In this document: piece by piece, positions 12,001 to 25,154 of the stretch
Layout of the letters: every line of letters begins with the position of its first letter
How positions within the stretch are numbered: the first letter of the stretch is position 1
DNA from: Seison nebaliae
Taxonomy: Eukaryota
Length of the DNA stretch: 64,000 nt
Reading direction: 5' to 3'
Assembly (NCBI GenBank): GCA_023231475.1
Contig: JALJEE010002128.1
Coordinates: 62,001-126,000 of the forward strand
The notes under the pieces: model-generated
What the model saw: the letters and a program-made list of their open reading frames with translations, nothing else
Told to the model about the DNA's origin: nothing
The model's database searches: none
Program-made: the position numbers and the translations under genes

Positions 12001-15000
12001 CTTCATTATTATCGATCGATGCTGACGACGGTATTGACGGGAACAAGAAGGAAATAGGATCAGATAAGAAATCAATACTTCTTCGACATAATTTTGCGCA
12101 AATGTCGATTTGAGATGGTAGATGTATAAGAATTTTATTGATGTTTTCTTCTGGAGATGTATGAAAAGGTCGAATTATATGAAGGCAGTTGAACGAATAT
12201 CCAATATTCGAAATTTTCAAATGACTTCCAATTACATAAATTTGATTGGAATTCTTACGAATCTAGACGTAGTAGAAGAGCGAATCCAACGAATATTTGC
12301 AAAGAAACAAAAAATCGATGGAACGTTAATTTCCTAATTTTATGTATTATCGATCCATTAAGGAGAATATATCGATTTAAAGTTTCCTTAAAGATTAGGA
12401 AGGAGAAATGAAAGAAAAGATTAGGAAAGTCGAGGAATGGAATGAGAAATTGAATAAAAATTAAAAGAAAGAAAGAAAAAGAATTTTTTGATAAATATTT
12501 TCTTTTTGGGATATATTAATGTCATTATCTCATTCACTCTATAACGACGTTAGTTCTTATCGTTGAAACGTGTCTGTCATGAACAAGCACCAATTGATTT
12601 ACAACGATAAATGATTGTGTGATTCATTGTCAATTTGAACATTATCTTACAGAGTTTGGTTCGATATCAGTCCGTATGAAACTTATATCGTTTATTCGAA
12701 TTATCTCTAACACTCTCGGAAATTCAGTTATTCAGGAACACAAACTTTTTTATTTTATTTTTTCAACACACTTGATCATTTACAAATCATTCATCTCTCT
12801 CACTTATTTGTCTATTTCGATTTAATTGTAACTTGAAAAAAAATCTTTTCAAAATCATCATCATCATCATCATTATAACTTGAACAACAATAATATTAAT
12901 AATTGTCGTTTCTTCTTTAAAAAAAAAGAACTTAAAAAAGATAGTAGATAATATTAATATTGTTAGTTTTTTGTTGGAATGATTGTGTTTCTGGTGATGA
13001 TAACAACTTTTCGATTACATCATATCATGGAATTGATTAATTGATAATGATAAATAATAATGTTGAGGATGATTGAAATTTATTATTGTCATCATTATCA
13101 ACGATACATAATAATAACAATAATTCTTCAATAATTGATATTCGTTCAACATCATTTTACTGATGAGGTATCTCTGTGTTTGGTTGATGAAACTAAAATT
13201 TCCTTTAACTACTTCCCTCTCTATTTGTTAGTTGAGTTCTGCCTCTCTCTCCTTAGCTCTGTCTCCTCGAAAAAGAATCGTTCTCTTGTGAATAAATTGT
13301 TATTGTGAACTTCGAACATTCGAATTGAGTTTAATTTGAAATTCTCAAAAACTATTAACCAAAAAAAAAAGACAAATTTTTTGGTATGGCAAGAGAATTC
13401 GTATAACATTTATCGCACGTTCACCATCATCACTAAACTGAAGGTTTGTCATCTCGACATCTCTATCACGTTTCCTTTTATATCAACTAATATTATTGAA
13501 CATTGGACCGTTGACAATCAGACGATGATAAATAATAGAACAAATTGATAATGAGAGGAATGATTATTATGAAAAAATAAATAAAGGGAAATTTCTAGAT
13601 AAATTATCATTCGCTTAAATGATCGACGATGATTAATGGTCAATAATTCCAGAAATCCACCAGATTTATTCGAATGAAACTTTCTCATTATTTTTTCTCA
13701 TGGAAAAATAATGGATTTTCAGTCAGAAAACTAAGTTTTTTTTATCAGTTTACAAACATTTAAAAAAAATTCTTTGAATTTTTCTCATGATTCTCTTCCT
13801 AAATTTTTCTTATATAAAAAATAAACAAAATTTATCATCAGCATCAAAACATTATGATTTGCATATTCTTCTATTCGGATCGAAAATTTATTGACAATTT
13901 GACATTTGGAAAGGAGAAATTGAAAATGAAAAGAAATAACTCGAATAAATGAAAATTGAACAAGAAAATTTCTGTTAATTTTTACTTGAAAAAGTTTTGC
14001 GTGAAAATTGAACAAGAATATTTCTGATAATTTTCAGAATCGAAATGAGAAAAGTTGGTGAATGAAAAAAAAAGAAGAAAAGCGAAATGGAAATGTTGAG
14101 TCGTTGATCCTCTCCATTTATTTATTTCACGATATCGGTATTATCTGAAATATTTATCAGCAAAATATTTGGTTCCTAAATATACAGTTATTTCAATTTA
14201 GAAATTTAATGGTTTTTTTTTATCATGTCTTGTTCTCCCTCTCTTCTCATCATACAGAGAAATGGAGACAAGAAGAAATGAAAGTGGTTAGTCTGGATAG
14301 AGTTTTTTCAATCCTTCATTCACTCAAGACAGTGAATTTGAAAACGTTTTGTCATTTTAGTGTGTTTGTTAAAAAAGATTGCATATATCTCGCATTCGTA
14401 TCATTTCCATTTGGTGAGTCGTTTCCTTTTTCTCAGCATTGGCGGACGGACGAATGAGAGAGATGTCATTGAATAAGAAAGGACACGTTGAGAATGTTGC
14501 AATGAACCGGAGCAAATTCATGCTCCATTTTTTTTTCTCACAAGTCAAATCGAAAAAAAGTAAATATTGGAAGGAGAATTACATAAAATCGACTTGATAT
14601 ACATAAATGCCGATGCCCTTTCGTCTTATCACCTTCCACTAGGCATTCTATCGATAATGTGGAGGAGAGTGAACTATCATCAATTTTTCTACTCTCAATT
14701 TAGTTTTGTGTCTTTTCCTTCCCTCCCTATTCGGGTTTCACTCGAAATTTCTCTGGGAACTTGATCTGGATGAATTGTGTCTGACTTTCCTTCTCTCTAT
14801 CTGACGTCGTTCCGAACGATTAGCAATGGAATGATACGGAAACAATTTTATCGATGTGTTAATCTGGTTCAATCATTAGATTTCATCTCGTAATCGACGG
14901 AGCAAATATTAGTCGAATTATTAACGAGACTCTCCAGTTTGGAATTAGAACGGACATAATTGTCGTTTTTGGGTCTGGCAAACAGATTGCCAATAATGAA

Positions 15001-18000
15001 ACATTAAGAAAGAAGAGGAAATGTGAAAATAAGATGAGCAGAAGAAAGGCAAATGTAATATTGATCGTTATTATTTATCAGAGAAGATTCTTTCGATATT
15101 TAATTGAATATTGATTTTTTTTTCATTAAAAATTCATTAACTGATTTTGGGTTGTCTGTTTGAAGAGGCAAACTATAATCTGGAAATTATTCGAATGAAT
15201 CATATCAAGGAAACAAGTTCATTGAGAGGAAATGTGTTGAATTGATTAATAATTGATATGAAAAGAAAGAATTAGTTGACGGAATCTTTCAATAAATCTT
15301 GAGAAGTCGATTGATAGAGAAAGAAAAAGATAGTGATAAGAAGACGAGTATTGGAACGATTGTGTAATATTGAATGTTTGAAGAAGAAGAAAATTTATCA
15401 CTATGGAACTCGAATGGAGCAATGATATATAGAAGAGATGCGTAATTAAGTAATTGATGAACGAGTGAATGTTTTCTCATCAATAAAAGTCAGAAGCGAA
15501 ATAGTTCAGCTGCTTATTTTTCCTTTACATCACTTTCCCATATTTACATCGCGTCTATAAAATTTTCTTTTTTTTCCTTTCCTCCGATGAACATAGGAAG
15601 GGGGGCCATCGATGATCATGACGTCTTCATCGAAATGAGTTTTTCTTCTCATCTAATTCTTTCATTTATTACTTCGTAAGTCGTATGTTATTCAACCTCC
15701 ACCATCACAAACTGGAAAGAAAAAGTTGTTGTTGGAGAAATAGATCTCTTTGCCTTTATTGATGATTGCATCACTTATATTGATCAGACGGAACAGTTGA
15801 ACGCGTCGGAAATGTTTTTAGCATCTGCTCATGTCAAATTTCGTGTACACTTAAAAACGTTAATTAAATAGCATGATTCATCTCCATTGAGGCTATAGTC
15901 GATACATCAATCTATATTCATGTAACAAAACGGACCAGTTGGTTAACTATCCGTCTACCTAACTACATCGAACCGTCTATCTAGCTATCTATCCATATCT
16001 ATTCATCTTCTAATCGATAAGAGGAAGTTATAATAAACATCTAAATTATTCGGCTGGTGCTTCGATCACCGGAATACCTATGTTTACTTGGAAATATCGA
16101 AAGATAAATAACTCGATAAATGAGGTAACTCTCTCAAAAATCGATTAACTGGAAACTTAAATTTAAATTTCAGTTTAAAGTCTCTTTATTTCTTTTCCTC
16201 TTTTTCTATTTCACAAACAATACGATCATATATGTTTCCTCTAACGGATTTGACAGACAAGTATTTTAAGAACAAGAAAAGAAAATGTGAGGTAAAGGAA
16301 AAGAAATTGAAGAAAAGAAAAAAAAGAAATTTGAGAAATTTAGAGAAATGAAGAAGATTGATGATAAAGATATGATTAATGCAAAATATAGAAATCATCG
16401 ATTATATGGAATTTTATGAGAGTTGAATAATCGAAGTGCTTATATCGTTACAAAGTGGAATGGGCAGATGAAGATATAATTACGGTGGAACTTTCTGATC
16501 ATTATTTTCTGAAAAGCGATCGCTTATTTGAGTTAGGAAAGAATATCTTGATTATGTAAGTACCTCTACTAAATTGGAAAATAAATACTGGGAGTTTCTG
16601 GTTCAAGGAGATCATCGTCATCGATCGACAAATCCAACCGGAATAAATACGTAAGAGAAAATGAGAAGACAAAACTCATAAATAAGGATTACCTCTTCTT
16701 CTTCTTTTTCGGAGTGGTGTAAACGTTCATGTGAAACAAGATAATGATACAATAAATGATTTGTGTGCTTCATCGTATTTTCAGCTTATGATAAGCATGA
16801 TAAGCTAATGATTAAAGAAACTGCAAATAATTGACAGATGCGTTCAATCTATCATTGATGATAATTGCAATACTGACGAACACATGAATTCTTATTTACT
16901 TCTCCTTAGCACATTAGTTTAGGTGGACGGGCAGGCTAAATATTTTCCCTTCGCTTCCGATCTATCATTCACTTCCACTATTCCTACGTCCTGCATTGCT
17001 CATTAAGATGACTTTAATTTCTCCCTCATCTAGATACTTCCCATATCGCCTCTCATTTCTTTTTCTTCTTCTTCTTCTTCTTCTCCCATATTGCAATATC
17101 GTTAATTTAGACATCTCATCAAATTATAGATCGATCCGTTTTATTCCATCATCATCATTACAATTTATGATGTAATCGTTAAATTTCAACACTAAAACTA
17201 CTTACCTCATATTCCACTAGTCGTATGGGAGGTAGAATATCGCTAAAGAGAATTTCCCTTCTACTCAACTCAACTTACCTCAATTCCAATTTCCATCAAC
17301 TTCCCGATCGTTCACCTATAAATACGGAATATCTAATCATTTAACATATAAACTTCAGGGAGAGAGAGAGAGACGGGGCGAATCGTTAGCGACAACACTA
17401 TTTAACATTTAAACGCGAATAAACGAAATGAAATAAAATTCTCTTAAAAATTGATGACATATCTTCCTCGCCTTCAACATTTCTTCCGAACATGCTCCAT
17501 TTCTAATACCTAAAATTTAATATGGTTTCTTCGTTCGTCGTATTGTTCATTTGTATTCGCCAGATCTCATATAGAACTCACATTTTTTAATCGTCGCCAG
17601 ATGTACGTATCGGAATCTAATTCTCTTAAACATTAGACGAGTCGGTGTAAATGTCTAATAAAAAGTTGTTGCAATTTCCCATTATTCCTCGTCTCCTATT
17701 TCAATGGTCTCTCCTCACAAATGCGAACTCATTGGGAGCATGTCGAAAAGTGCAATTCTATATACGACAATCAATAAATCTATAGCGGGAAAGAAAAGGT
17801 TGTAAAAATTCCGACGAAATAGTTTAATGGAAAGAACTTCAAGAATTCTATTCGCCTTCCCATAACAATGATATTTGGAAATACGGAAGAAATTCGATTT
17901 TCCATAATAATTACCAAAAAATAATAATTATTGTACTTTTTGATGCAAAACAGTAGAAAAAGATGATCAATCTCATAAAACGTGAAAGAAATTGGAAATA

Positions 18001-19903
18001 AAACGTGGTAGAATTTTGTTGACGGCCAGAAAGAAAATTGGCGAAATTGGGACACTCTTTCATAATAATGGCCACCATTCAACTGCCAGCGATATGTATA
18101 TGTGAAACGATCCATGGAAACTAGTCTCCTAATAAAACGTGGTCGATATTTCCATTTACTTTCCTGATGGAAATGCCGTCATATTTTCACGCGATTCCTC
18201 TAACGACATTTTATGAAATTCATAATGGCCAAATTTATCCCAAAGATTATTATTGTGCTCGTAACTGTCGGAAAAAATGAATAAATCTGAATAAGATTAT
18301 CTGACTGAAAATTTGAAAAATACCAATTCTCTCTATTGTGAAGGTAAAAGAAATAGGAATATTATAAAAAACTAGGATATTAATTAAATTACGACTAAAA
18401 GTCGAATTTCCATCAAACATAAATAAATCAGTTAGGTAACAAGTTGAACGAAGTAAGATGGTGATGAAAGATCATTGAGTAAATTTCAATTCTAAATGAA
18501 TAGATTGCCCAACTAAATATTGCATAAAAGAAATAATTGGATCAAATGGCAATTATCTTCGAATTGAATTTGATCGGAAAACATTTATTAATTTTATCCA
18601 TTCTCGGATGGCAATATATCGTAATAGACAACTATTATTTAGATCGATGAAAGTCTTATCCATCTATCTCATCTCTCAAATAAATCCACAACATTAAACG
18701 ATTAGACAATTTCTAAATTATTTCCACATCATATGAATATGCTTCTTCCGTTTAATGTTAATTTCAGTTGAAAAGAAATTAACGATAATCTCTGAAAATA
18801 GTCCCATTATCGAAACTATTCGAACATTTGCATCAAATAAGTTAATTACCTGAACCGACTCAGATAGTCAGATAAAAATTAATAGTTCATAAAAAGAATA
18901 TTCGATGAATGTTTGAGGGAGAATTTGTTTTTGAGAAATGAACATTGATATTAGGGAGAGGAATTGTTTTGTGTAGATGAAATAAGGAATTTCCCAATTC
19001 GAATAAGATCAAAATACAAATATCTGAAAATGATATTTAAACGTCATAAAATTTCACGCTCAACTTCGATCGGTTCTCATTAATCTCGATGAAATTCTCG
19101 AAGAACTTTAGTCTCATTCGCTACAGATCGATAGTTGAAAGTTTGAACGTTTTCTTGTTTCCTCACCAACTTGTTATTCATCATTAACTTTTCTCTTATG
19201 ACGAGAGTAAGTTGAGAATTATTGAAAAAAGAAAATGGGAGAAGATAAAAGAAATATTGAGAATTATCTCTAAATTTATATAATTTCTAATGTCATCCAT
19301 CTGATACTCAAGCGGAATATGGAGAATGTTTTATTCGAAAGAAATCATTAGAAAATTTCGCAGCTAATTGTTAGGATCTATTTTTAGAAATTTCTTCAAA
19401 TATGTTCCTCATGTTTGCCTTTTTTTTTTGAAACAGAACAATATCGAAATAAAAAGGCGAAACGACGAAAACCGATTTCGATAGAGAAAATAAATAGGAA
19501 GAAAAACGATCTTTTCTTATTGAACTATTTTTCCCACTAGGTTCCTACTTCTCATGGACATCGAAGGAATGACGACGACGATGATGTTTCTACTTTGGCT
19601 GTTTCTGCTCTCTGAAAATCTTTTTAACTTTTCCTTTCACGAGACAATTATTTCATCAGTTTTCCTCAAAAATATTTCGATGACAATAGATAAGTCGCAT
19701 CATCTTGCGAAGAAATCAAGATCCGTTTCACAACATCAGCGAAAAAATAATATTTCCTTCACGATGATGAGATTCTCGTCGTCATATCTTTGATACATGT
19801 CAAATTTATAAGTTTTCCTAATGGGCGGGATCGATGTATGGTGAGAGAGAAGAAGAAGAAATGATAAATATAAATTTTATTTTTCTTTAAAATCTCTCCG
19901 AAT

Positions 19904-22900
19904 TCATTTAACTTTATTTCTCGCAGTTTTCGGCGAATTGGAATTTGAGTTGCCATTCTTTCGTAGTGATGGCAGTTTTCGGTTTTCCATCGACGTCTTC
20001 ACTCGACCATTTCGATGGAATGTTTTCCCCGAACGTTTCGTTTCGTTCAGTTGAATAATTTTTGGGGAAAGTGTTTTATTCGTTTTGGCAGTTTGTGGAA
20101 TTTTCATTAAAGATTTATTTGGCAATGCGATAGAATTTGTTGTGACAGTCGGATACGTCGCTCGAGGAGTGGAAAGACGACTTTTCCTACAAGTTCGTCT
20201 CGTTATCTTCCGATCGAATTCGATGGCTTTCATTTCATTATTCTTCTTCTGTTCGATCGTTTCATGATGTTCTTTACATTTGAGATAACTGATATATTCC
20301 AATTGTATCACCTCGTCATATGGTTTACATTCGAAACTTTCATCATTAATCATTAGATGTCCATTCGTCAACATTTCTTGTCGAGCTTCGAAACAATTCA
20401 TGGTAATAATCCATCGGTTGAAGAACCAGTCAGAATCCAAGACGATACATCTTGGCATGAATTCGATTTTAACGGCGAAAAAACGAATATTTCCTTTCTC
20501 ATCCAAATGATTCTCATTCGCTTTCTCATCATTCTCAATCATTTTTCTTGCGCTGACGAGATGTGGCAATTGTTTCAAATGATCACGAATCGCTTGTGCG
20601 ACATGAATATGAGAGAATTTCATTCCGGGTGATTCAATTAGAATTGTATTCGGTTTCCTTTCTGGTGGTCCCTGAAACCACAATTGTTTTAACGTTTCGA
20701 TTTTCTGTCTCAAATTCTCATGTTGATTCTTTTGTTGTAACTTTTGTTTTAGTTTTTGTTGTTTATCAACGAATGATTTTAAATTCGTAATAATTTGTCT
20801 ACAAAATAAATTATATAAGATAAAATAAAATATATTAATTTTAAATAATGAGAAAAAAAACCGGAAATCTACACCACAAATATGGTAGAGAGTTAATAAG
20901 TACTCGGTGATTATCAGAATCTTCTCTCGACGATGGTGCACAACATTTGCATTGTTCGTCAATTCGTCGTGCAATTTCCGTAATTGTTGGATGATGACGT
21001 GATTCTCATCTATCAATTTATTTGTTATTCCCATTTGAGATAACATGATCAATTCTTTAATATCTAATTTATCTTCAACGATCATATCTCGAATTTCTTC
21101 ACGACATTTGAGTTGTTGTACATTTTCTAATTTTTGTCTAATTTGTCGTTGGTACTTGTTGGATTTGGAGAATTTGTTAACGAACTTATTTCGACTAATC
21201 TTCTTTGGGGAGATTATTCCAAGAGAATAACATTCGTCGATAAATTCCTTATCCGTTTTCGATAAACAGTTTAATGTTCCGTTCGAGAGTTTGGGAGAAT
21301 GTTGAAGTAAAGAATTCGTTGTGTTTTTCTGATTAATGAGATTCAATTTTTTCTGCTGGTGCAATTGAATAATGTTGGATAAAGTTGTTCGAGTGGTTTC
21401 ACCCAAATCAACTTGATCGCCCAATTTCTGCAAATGTTCCAGTCGTTCCATGAGGAGTTTGGTAGGACGAATACTACCAAGTTTGATGAGTCGTTTCGCC
21501 TTTTCACTTTCGGAAAGTGAATTGTTATTGGAGAGATTTCCATCTTCTATTTCAATGTCCATTTGAGAGTGATGGAAATCGAGTGGACTATTCACACGTT
21601 TTATAGGAAGTAGCTGAGAAGACGAACTATTGTCGACAGGAATTTCATCATTTTTCTCGTCTATTAGCGAACAATTAGGAACGGGAAAGATTGTCGAATC
21701 GAAACATGAATAATCATCTTCCGTTTGATGGTAATTCTTCTCTTTCTTCTTTTCGTAAAAATTAAATTTTTCATTATTTTCTTCGCGGTCATTTGGAAAA
21801 TGAGTGAGGAAGAATTGCTTTTGAGTGGGAGGAAGTGGATCTGACTCTTTGACTGTCTCCAACAATTTATTACATTTCGATTTCTTCGACTTATTCAACA
21901 AAGTACTTTTAAGTGATTGTTGAGTCTGTTGGAGAAGTTGAAAACGGTTTTCGAATTCCTGAATTTCATCAATCTCAAATGGATCATTCAACGACAATTT
22001 CTCCGTTTTTGATGTACATGGACGTGTCTTTCTTCTTAACCGACATTTATTGGGATGTGTCTGATATTTTTGGAATGTGATGAAATTCTTTACAATGTTC
22101 GACGTGTATTCCTGAGGGAGAGGTGGATGATCATTTTTTTTGTTTAATGGTCGTTCCAATGAATGAGATTGTCTGGAATATAAATCGATTTGTTGACAAT
22201 TGAACGACGAATCGAACTTATCATTTTGTAGCTTCATATCCGATTTGGATGATTCATACATCTTCCCATTCCAATTCTCATTGAGAGATGATAAAGAAAC
22301 TTTCGAAATTGGATAAAGATTTTTCGTATCTTCTAAATTGATGAAAACGGATTCATGTGATAATTGGGGTTGATTACTCGTCGTCAAATGAGAAGAAGAT
22401 GTTGTGTTATATTCAGTTAAATCATCGTCCGATGTTTCTGATTCATGAAATTTTATTTCCGTCTTATATTTCTTATCATAAGCATCGTTATGCTTATCAT
22501 TACAATTGTTGTTGTTGTTGTTATTCTTCGAATTCTTATTGGAATGTGGAAGTGGTAGATTGTGGAAGAATAAAAGTCGTTTGTTCCGTTCGCTTGAATT
22601 GTTTCTATTTATCAAACGACTCTCCCTTGTATCCACAGGAAAGAATTTATGATTTGAGGAAGTAATCATGTCAGTTTTTTTTTTAAAGAAATTTTTAATA
22701 TTCGATTCCAATAGAAACTTTTCGGTATTCTTACAAATGTCTTGTTTGCTGACATTCTCCTCATTTTTATTGTTATTCCACATGAAATAAGGCGAGTTCT
22801 TCTTTCTATTATTATTCTCATTCTCGTCATTGGGGAAAATTTCGGAATAATCGGACGAATCTTCGTTCAATATATCAATCTCATTCCATCTCGTATGATC

Positions 22901-22987
22901 TGGTTCGAATACACGTTGGATTGCTGAATTACGTGGAATTTCTATGTTTAATGTTCGGAGGATGTTTGCTTGACTCGACGTTGGCAT
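19904..22987 (-). CDS. Uncharacterised ~1000-aa protein: low-complexity N/S/K-rich N-terminus, helical middle, compact alpha/beta domain, basic tail; 2 exons
   Basis: 1036-aa ORF with first ATG at 22987 (MPTSSQ). The hydrophobic stretch FFFSLFKINIFYFILYNLFCR is an in-frame, very AT-rich 63-nt GTTTTT...TGTAG intron (20799-20861). Confidence 0.8.
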   Translation of the reverse strand: MPTSSQANILRTLNIEIPRNSAIQRVFEPDHTRWNEIDILNEDSSDYSEIFPNDENENNNRKKNSPYFMWNNNKNEENVSKQDICKNTEKFLLESNIKNFFKKKTDMITSSNHKFFPVDTRESRLINRNNSSERNKRLLFFHNLPLPHSNKNSKNNNNNNNCNDKHNDAYDKKYKTEIKFHESETSDDDLTEYNTTSSSHLTTSNQPQLSHESVFINLEDTKNLYPISKVSLSSLNENWNGKMYESSKSDMKLQNDKFDSSFNCQQIDLYSRQSHSLERPLNKKNDHPPLPQEYTSNIVKNFITFQKYQTHPNKCRLRRKTRPCTSKTEKLSLNDPFEIDEIQEFENRFQLLQQTQQSLKSTLLNKSKKSKCNKLLETVKESDPLPPTQKQFFLTHFPNDREENNEKFNFYEKKKEKNYHQTEDDYSCFDSTIFPVPNCSLIDEKNDEIPVDNSSSSQLLPIKRVNSPLDFHHSQMDIEIEDGNLSNNNSLSESEKAKRLIKLGSIRPTKLLMERLEHLQKLGDQVDLGETTRTTLSNIIQLHQQKKLNLINQKNTTNSLLQHSPKLSNGTLNCLSKTDKEFIDECYSLGIISPKKISRNKFVNKFSKSNKYQRQIRQKLENVQQLKCREEIRDMIVEDKLDIKELIMLSQMGITNKLIDENHVIIQQLRKLHDELTNNANVVHHRREKILIITEYLLTLYHICGVDFRFFFSLFKINIFYFILYNLFCRQIITNLKSFVDKQQKLKQKLQQKNQHENLRQKIETLKQLWFQGPPERKPNTILIESPGMKFSHIHVAQAIRDHLKQLPHLVSARKMIENDEKANENHLDEKGNIRFFAVKIEFMPRCIVLDSDWFFNRWIITMNCFEARQEMLTNGHLMINDESFECKPYDEVIQLEYISYLKCKEHHETIEQKKNNEMKAIEFDRKITRRTCRKSRLSTPRATYPTVTTNSIALPNKSLMKIPQTAKTNKTLSPKIIQLNETKRSGKTFHRNGRVKTSMENRKLPSLRKNGNSNSNSPKTARNKVK

Positions 22988-24805
22988 AATAGTTCCAATG
23001 TCTTCACGAAACAAAGTTTATACTTTTCAGTTTATCGACATCAAGTAAAAACCAAATAAGTAATATAGATGTTCTTATTCTAAAAATCTTAAAGAAATGA
23101 AATAACAAATGAAAATGAAAAAGAAAAAAAAGAGAAACAAAGAAAGTATAATGAATTCCAAAACAAAAAAACTGTTTTCTCCAAGAAATCTTTCTTTTTT
23201 CAAAATTCCAATCAAATTTATTTTCAATATTTATTAGAGAACATTACCATATAATTCCTACCATTACCATCAGTCACGATTCTATTAGTAGTTACTTGAT
23301 ATTTCTCCCTCATTCAATGAATCGTCACTAATTTCTTGTGAGGAAAATGCATCAAAAAAAACGACTCATTAAAATTCGATCGTTGCAGTTAAAGGGCAGA
23401 AATGTAAAATGAGAACGATCTTCCAATTTCTCATTAATAAGATCTCGTGAAACCTTCAGGTTTGATCGGCTCGCTGCTTTTATTACTTCCCCTTCTTCTC
23501 GATCTCTTTCTTCATTTTTTTTCGAGTAGGAAGTAGAATGTGGTTAAACTAGTTTCCTTTCTCTAACGGAATTGGTGAAAGTTATTAAAACGCATGATAT
23601 TTATGTAATCACTTTTTCAACAACTTTCTTACACCCAAATGAAATTATTTCATTCAATAATACTCAAGTACTTAAATTACTTTGATGGTTAAACTTTTCG
23701 ATTGGAGAATTGAGACATTTGACAATAAAATAAATTTACCGAATAAAAATTCATTGAAATTTATGAATTACTTATCAATTAAATTGATTAATACGAACTT
23801 TCCATTTCTCACTCTGTCCACTGATTGTTTGTTACATAAACAAAGGCGAAAATAATTTCACAATCGAGTTTCTATTCACATCCGTTAGTCTCCCTTTCGA
23901 GAGCAAATAAACTTTCCTTCGGTTATCCCAAACGGTATTCTCCTTCCAGTCATGGAAATATTCTTCTCCTACTTCTTCATCATTGTCCTTACTTCTTAAT
24001 CTTGACACGACTTCTATTTATTCTCGACGAAGAAATTTCGATTTCAATAAATTAGACAGCAGCTCAACTAATTTTTGTATCTTCGTTGAGAAATATATAA
24101 TGGTATAAAGGTAATGGAGAAAAAGAATTCTGAATAAAATGGAAAGATGTCAATTTGACTTGAAACTTTCCGAAACCGATTCCTCCCTACTTCTTCCCTT
24201 ATATAATTTGTCAACATCATTTGTGATATTTTCTCCTAATAATATCCGACTAATATGTCGACGACCTTTCTTTCATATAATCTTCTCTCAATGAACGAAG
24301 TTTTTGATGGACAGTATTGAAAAATATGCGAATTCGGATATGCCGATACTTCTCGTCTTATACGATTTCCTTCTTAACTGAAATTCGTCATAAACTTTTT
24401 ACGATTTTCAACAGGATTATGTTAAAGGCTAATTTACATCTATCGTAGTAGAGGCATGGGACGATGATGATTGTTTATTATGATGCATCATCGTCATCAT
24501 CTTCCTTTTGAAATTTCAATGTTTTCCTTCATCTTTCCCATTCACACGATAAAACAAATAAAAATTTCATAAAATACTTTTATTTGGAATAATTCTGAGG
24601 GAAAAGATGATGACTCACAAGATCGGAATATAAATAAAGTTCCTTCTCACAAACAAATAAATAAAAAAAAACAATTTGAGACTTTTTTCATAGATACGGA
24701 AAATTGGAAAAATTTAATTTCCAAAAAAACATTTATTGGTTTCATTTTAATTTGATGGAAATAAGAGATTATATAGAATTATAAGAAAAATTCCGAACTT
24801 TTTTT

Positions 24806-24973
24806 GTGGAAATAAATTTTCTTTAAATAAAAATTCGAAATATTTCGTGGAATAAAATTTTCTTTAAATTGATATCTGGAAATTTTACAGAATAAAATTT
24901 TCTTCATATAAAACTCCAGAAATTTTGAGGGATAAAATTTCCTCTAAATAAAAACTCGAAAACATTTGGAATA
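24806..24973. repeat. Degenerate ~40-bp tandem repeat, about 4 copies
   Basis: Core GAATAAAATTTTCTTTAAAT recurs at about 24810, 24850, 24890 and 24930. Confidence 0.75.
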
Positions 24974-25154
24974 GATGAATAAAAACTCGGCGAGGATAGA
25001 AAACTAGAAATGTTCTTCTAAAATGAAAAACTAAGAGAAAATGGGGATAAAACGGAAAGAAAATTGGATAAAGTAAAATAATGAGATTTCTTGTTTTTTT
25101 TCTTATTTCTAATGAGTTAAAATAAAAACATAAAATTAAAATAATGAGATTGTG

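Noticed and set aside
1075..19793. Many 60-111 aa ORFs in the gene desert
   Set aside because: F/I/L/S-rich translations typical of random AT-rich DNA, often built on microsatellites. No recognisable domain or exon chain.
24806..24973. Possible CRISPR-like array
   Set aside because: Eukaryotic context, degenerate head-to-tail units without unique spacers, and no cas genes.
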